A stretch of DNA of 62,907 nucleotides, the filler included, from Pseudomonadota bacterium (GTDB lineage: Bacteria > Bdellovibrionota_F > JAHFAK01 > JBDREC01): assembly GCA_043820105.1 (NCBI GenBank). It is 6 parts of 6 records of this genome, joined end to end, with 100 filler letters (N's around TTAATTAATTAA, not from the genome) between each part and the next. Parts side by side here need not be neighbours in the genome. Positions count along the whole stretch, not along the records: positions 44,685 to 62,907 come from JBDREC010000008.1; 5 more parts are not named here. One strand, 5' to 3'. A program made the translations under genes and the position numbers. Of this stretch, positions 59,995 through 62,907 are shown piece after piece. Every line of letters begins with the position of its first letter. Position 1 is the stretch's first letter. The notes under the pieces were generated by a model. It saw only the letters and a list, made by a program, of their open reading frames with translations, was not told where the DNA came from and searched no databases.

Positions 59995-60546
59995 ATGAGA
60001 AAATTGTTTTTTTTGATTTTTTTTCTATGTTTTTTTGCGCATACACTAATTATGGCTGAAACATTTACTAATGATAAATATAAAATTTCATTTACTATTA
60101 GTGACGCCTGGGAAAAAGCTCCCAAAGTTCCTCAGCAGATAATTGCTTTGTACGTAACTAAAGATTCACTAATGCTTGAAAATCAGTTTATACCCAATGT
60201 TTCTATGACAGTTGATGAAGCCTCAGCTGAAAAGCTATCAAAATGTGAAGATTTTACTAAACAAATGGTAGAAACTCTAAAGAAAAATGGATATGAAGTA
60301 AAATCTACTGGAAAAGAAGATAAAGTTAAAAAGCTAGATGTTTTTTCGAACACTTTCACCAGACAAGTAAAGTCTGTTTCAGAAGACTCAAAAGATGAAA
60401 AACTTGAGCTAGTTCTAAAACAAAAGCAATATTATATTTTACATAATAAAAAATATTATATTGTCACTTATTCAGGTAAAGAAAATGACTTTGAAAAGCA
60501 CGAGCCTCAAATATTAGAATTGCTAAACTCCATTACTTTTAAATAG
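59995..60546 (+). CDS. Exported PsbP/DcrB-like protein
   Basis: Signal peptide; F.....W, F.PNV, YIVTYS...F.......SI.F pattern. Confidence 0.55.
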   Translation: MRKLFFLIFFLCFFAHTLIMAETFTNDKYKISFTISDAWEKAPKVPQQIIALYVTKDSLMLENQFIPNVSMTVDEASAEKLSKCEDFTKQMVETLKKNGYEVKSTGKEDKVKKLDVFSNTFTRQVKSVSEDSKDEKLELVLKQKQYYILHNKKYYIVTYSGKENDFEKHEPQILELLNSITFK

Positions 60547-60573
60547 TCTGAAAAAATTTCTAATTTTAATCTT

Positions 60574-61458
60574 TTAGACCAGCAATATTATTACTGTTGA
60601 TGTAAGCCAGAATACAATTGTAAGAATAATGTGAATATCATTGATTAATAATTTTGTTGGGTTTCCACCTTTTTTCTCTTTATGTACTAAGTACAAGTAT
60701 CTGAAAATTCCATAAATTACAAATGGAACTGTAATGAACATTTTATCTGTTCCTAATGTTTTTAAGGTGTGCTCTGAAACAGTATAAAGCGCATAGGAAA
60801 GAACTGTTGAAGCTGTAACAACTGCTATCAATTGATCAAGAAAATAAGGGGAATAATGTACCAGGACTTTTCTATGTTCATAGGCTACACCTTTTAGAGT
60901 TGTTAACTCATGTCTTCTTTTAGAAAATCCCAGGAATAGGGCACCCAAAAAAGTGCAAAGGACAATCCAATTTGATACATCAACATTAATTAAAAAAGCT
61001 CCAGCAACTATTCTTATAACATAAAATGAGGCTAAAAACATTACATCAATAATTACTAATTGTTTTAAATAAGAAGAGTAGAAGACGTTTGTTGTAATAT
61101 AAATTGCTAAAATAATGCTAAAAGATAAAGAGCCAAGAAAAGCGCAAAAAGTGCAAAGAAGCACTAACAAACTTATATCTAAAATAATGGCTGATCTGAC
61201 CGAAATTTCACCACATGCTATGGGTCTTGATTTTTTTATTGGATGCACTTTATCTTTATTATAATCTAAGATGTCATTTAAAACATATACAATGCTTGAT
61301 GCCATTGAGAAAAGACAAAATCCTAGGAATATTTTAAATGTATCTTCTAAATTATAAAAATGCTTAGAGAAAATCAGTGGGGCAAATAAAATTAAATTTT
61401 TAATATAATGGCTGGGCCTTAATAAATTGATATAAGATTTTATCATAATATTTCTCAA
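60574..61458 (-). CDS. UbiA-family decaprenyl-phosphate phosphoribosyltransferase-like protein
   Basis: RP.HYIKN, YVLND..D...D..HP.K..RPIA.G, KRRHEL, YGIFRY. Confidence 0.88.
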   Translation of the reverse strand: MRNIMIKSYINLLRPSHYIKNLILFAPLIFSKHFYNLEDTFKIFLGFCLFSMASSIVYVLNDILDYNKDKVHPIKKSRPIACGEISVRSAIILDISLLVLLCTFCAFLGSLSFSIILAIYITTNVFYSSYLKQLVIIDVMFLASFYVIRIVAGAFLINVDVSNWIVLCTFLGALFLGFSKRRHELTTLKGVAYEHRKVLVHYSPYFLDQLIAVVTASTVLSYALYTVSEHTLKTLGTDKMFITVPFVIYGIFRYLYLVHKEKKGGNPTKLLINDIHIILTIVFWLTSTVIILLV

Positions 61459-61504
61459 ATAATTAAATGACTATAAAAGATGTGAATATTTTACTGATGG
61501 AAAA

Positions 61505-62152
61505 TTAGATTTCAAGAGTTTTAATATCATTGTAGTGATTTAATACTTTTTTGGCATAAGCTGATGGTACTTTCATGCCTGAACTGATCAAACTTCTAAT
61601 CTTTGTTGGTCCAAAGTTATAAGCTGCTAAATAATAAAGCTCGTTATCTTTATAAAGTTCTGACAAGGTTTTAAGGAAAAATAATCCAATTGAAATATTC
61701 ATATATGGATTGTATAAAGTAGTTTCATCACTAAAATCAATATTCATTTGTTGAGCAAGATCATTAGCAACAAATGGCATTAATTGCATTAAGCCTTGCG
61801 CACCAACGTATGATGTTGCCTTGTGATTAAATGAAGATTCAACAGCTATTAACGATGTAACTAAAAGAGGATCAAAATCATATACCTTACTTTCATCAAT
61901 TATAAATTCAGCAAGTTTATATCTTTCAGATCCACGTATAGAAGCATTGAACTGTTTCATAACATTCATTATTAAAGTTCTTACTTCTGTTTTAGATAAA
62001 TTTCTTTCAACTTTAGGGTTGTAAAAATAGTTTTGACTTTCAATCAAGTCAGACCTTGATATATTGAGCTTGAATACCTCCTCCTCCTGAGAAAGTGGTA
62101 TGGCAAAAAGTACTGCCGCATACAATATCAAGGCTGTTTTAACTAGTTGCAT
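61505..62152 (-). CDS. Lytic transglycosylase (SLT domain)
   Basis: IAVESSF, GAQGLMQLMP, LAAYNFGP. Confidence 0.9.
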   Translation of the reverse strand: MQLVKTALILYAAVLFAIPLSQEEEVFKLNISRSDLIESQNYFYNPKVERNLSKTEVRTLIMNVMKQFNASIRGSERYKLAEFIIDESKVYDFDPLLVTSLIAVESSFNHKATSYVGAQGLMQLMPFVANDLAQQMNIDFSDETTLYNPYMNISIGLFFLKTLSELYKDNELYYLAAYNFGPTKIRSLISSGMKVPSAYAKKVLNHYNDIKTLEI

Positions 62153-62549
62153 TTTAAATCACCTTTTGTTGATCTTTAATATTTTTCTATAATTTATATT
62201 TTATCAGAAAATATTATTTATGTCCAATTTTTATCAAAAACCGAGGACATTTATAATGCTAAGTTATTAATGTCAATAGATTATCTTTATTCGATATTGC
62301 TATTGCATATATATCAGACACTTACATTATACAATTATTATGCCAAAGCTAAAAAAGATAATATAATACATAACTTATTGTAATTTAATGATTTATGTTA
62401 ATTGAAAATGCTTTACTTGAAATTTATAAGGTTCATTATGGCGCTGAAATAGAAAAATGGCCCTAAATAAAAGAATTTTGGTTCATATCAAAATCATAAA
62501 GCACTTAAAAAGTTTAAGAAAATCTTTTTTTAAAAACTGTTTTAGAAGA

Positions 62550-62700
62550 TATTTTTGGATCATCTCCAATCTGAGTACCCACAAAGAATAATTTTTTTAA
62601 AAAAATATAAAACACTGTCCTATCTATTCCATGGATTCAAATTGAAATAAATATTTCTATATATGAAACCATTGGATTAATCTTAGAATTATGATTAAGA
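62550..62700 (+). repeat. About 150-bp dispersed non-coding repeat, copy 2
   Basis: Colinear match to 39241-39390. Confidence 0.85.
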
Positions 62701-62767
62701 TGAGGCTTATGATTTTTGCGCTTTTGTTCTCTGATTTGACCGGAAACTGGTGCTCTATTGTTTGGGT

Positions 62768-62819
62768 TGCCAATCGGATTGAAAACTGGTCCACGAATCG
62801 GACGCAAAAGTGGTCCACC
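62768..62819 (+). mobile_element. IS21-family-like terminal sequence
   Basis: Starts with TG and carries two 23-bp direct repeats (AATCGGATTGAAAACTGGTCCAC / AATCGGACGCAAAAGTGGTCCAC) at 24-bp periodicity, as in IS21 ends; no transposase in the window. Confidence 0.6.
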
Positions 62820-62907
62820 TAGCCCAAAAATTTTTATCTAAAATTTTTATAAAAATTGCAACTCATAAATTAAAACTCCTTACATTAATATGTTAAAAAT
62901 AATGAAA

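Noticed and set aside
62330-62345. Sigma54-like TGGCATAATAATTGTA upstream of the SLT gene
   Set aside because: The -12 element is GT rather than GC and it lies about 180 bp from the start; too weak to call.

Overview
AT-rich bacterial DNA with a deltaproteobacterial-type gene set (eukaryotic-type citrate synthase, type IVa pilin, rpoN-hpf-rapZ, LpoB/COG3014). It is a pseudo-scaffold: six contigs joined by five artificial 100-bp N44-TTAATTAATTAA-N44 linkers, so adjacency across linkers means nothing. Contig 1 (1-12878) is an accessory island. Four co-oriented DUF2958-like copies (three intact with a conserved leader hairpin, one pseudogene) are interleaved with opposite-strand cargo: amidohydrolase+MFS, RhuM, a DnaA paralogue lacking domain IV, a Zn-protease lipoprotein and an AbiE-type TA pair. 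A GGGYCAGGCCTTGACA motif marks three gene-truncation junctions. Contig 2 has a DDE transposase, a broken POT transporter, a RAYT-like fragment and a six-CxxG RiPP-like precursor. Contig 3 is a glycan locus (Wzm/Wzt, B12 radical SAM, archaeal-type GlcNAc-1-P transferase abutting a geranylgeranyl reductase). Contig 4 is core metabolism (ihfA, holA, pgk, gap, gltA, aconitase, icd with a 4-Cys insertion). Contig 5 has a hybrid kinase, an orphan 5' half of tRNA-Ser(GGA), a HEPN/MNT pair and a type IV pilin preceded by a cobalamin riboswitch. Contig 6 is mostly core (rapZ, hpf, rpoN, ppdK, NAD kinase, M16 pair, LpoB, SLT). All family calls come from motif recognition by eye; no searches were run.
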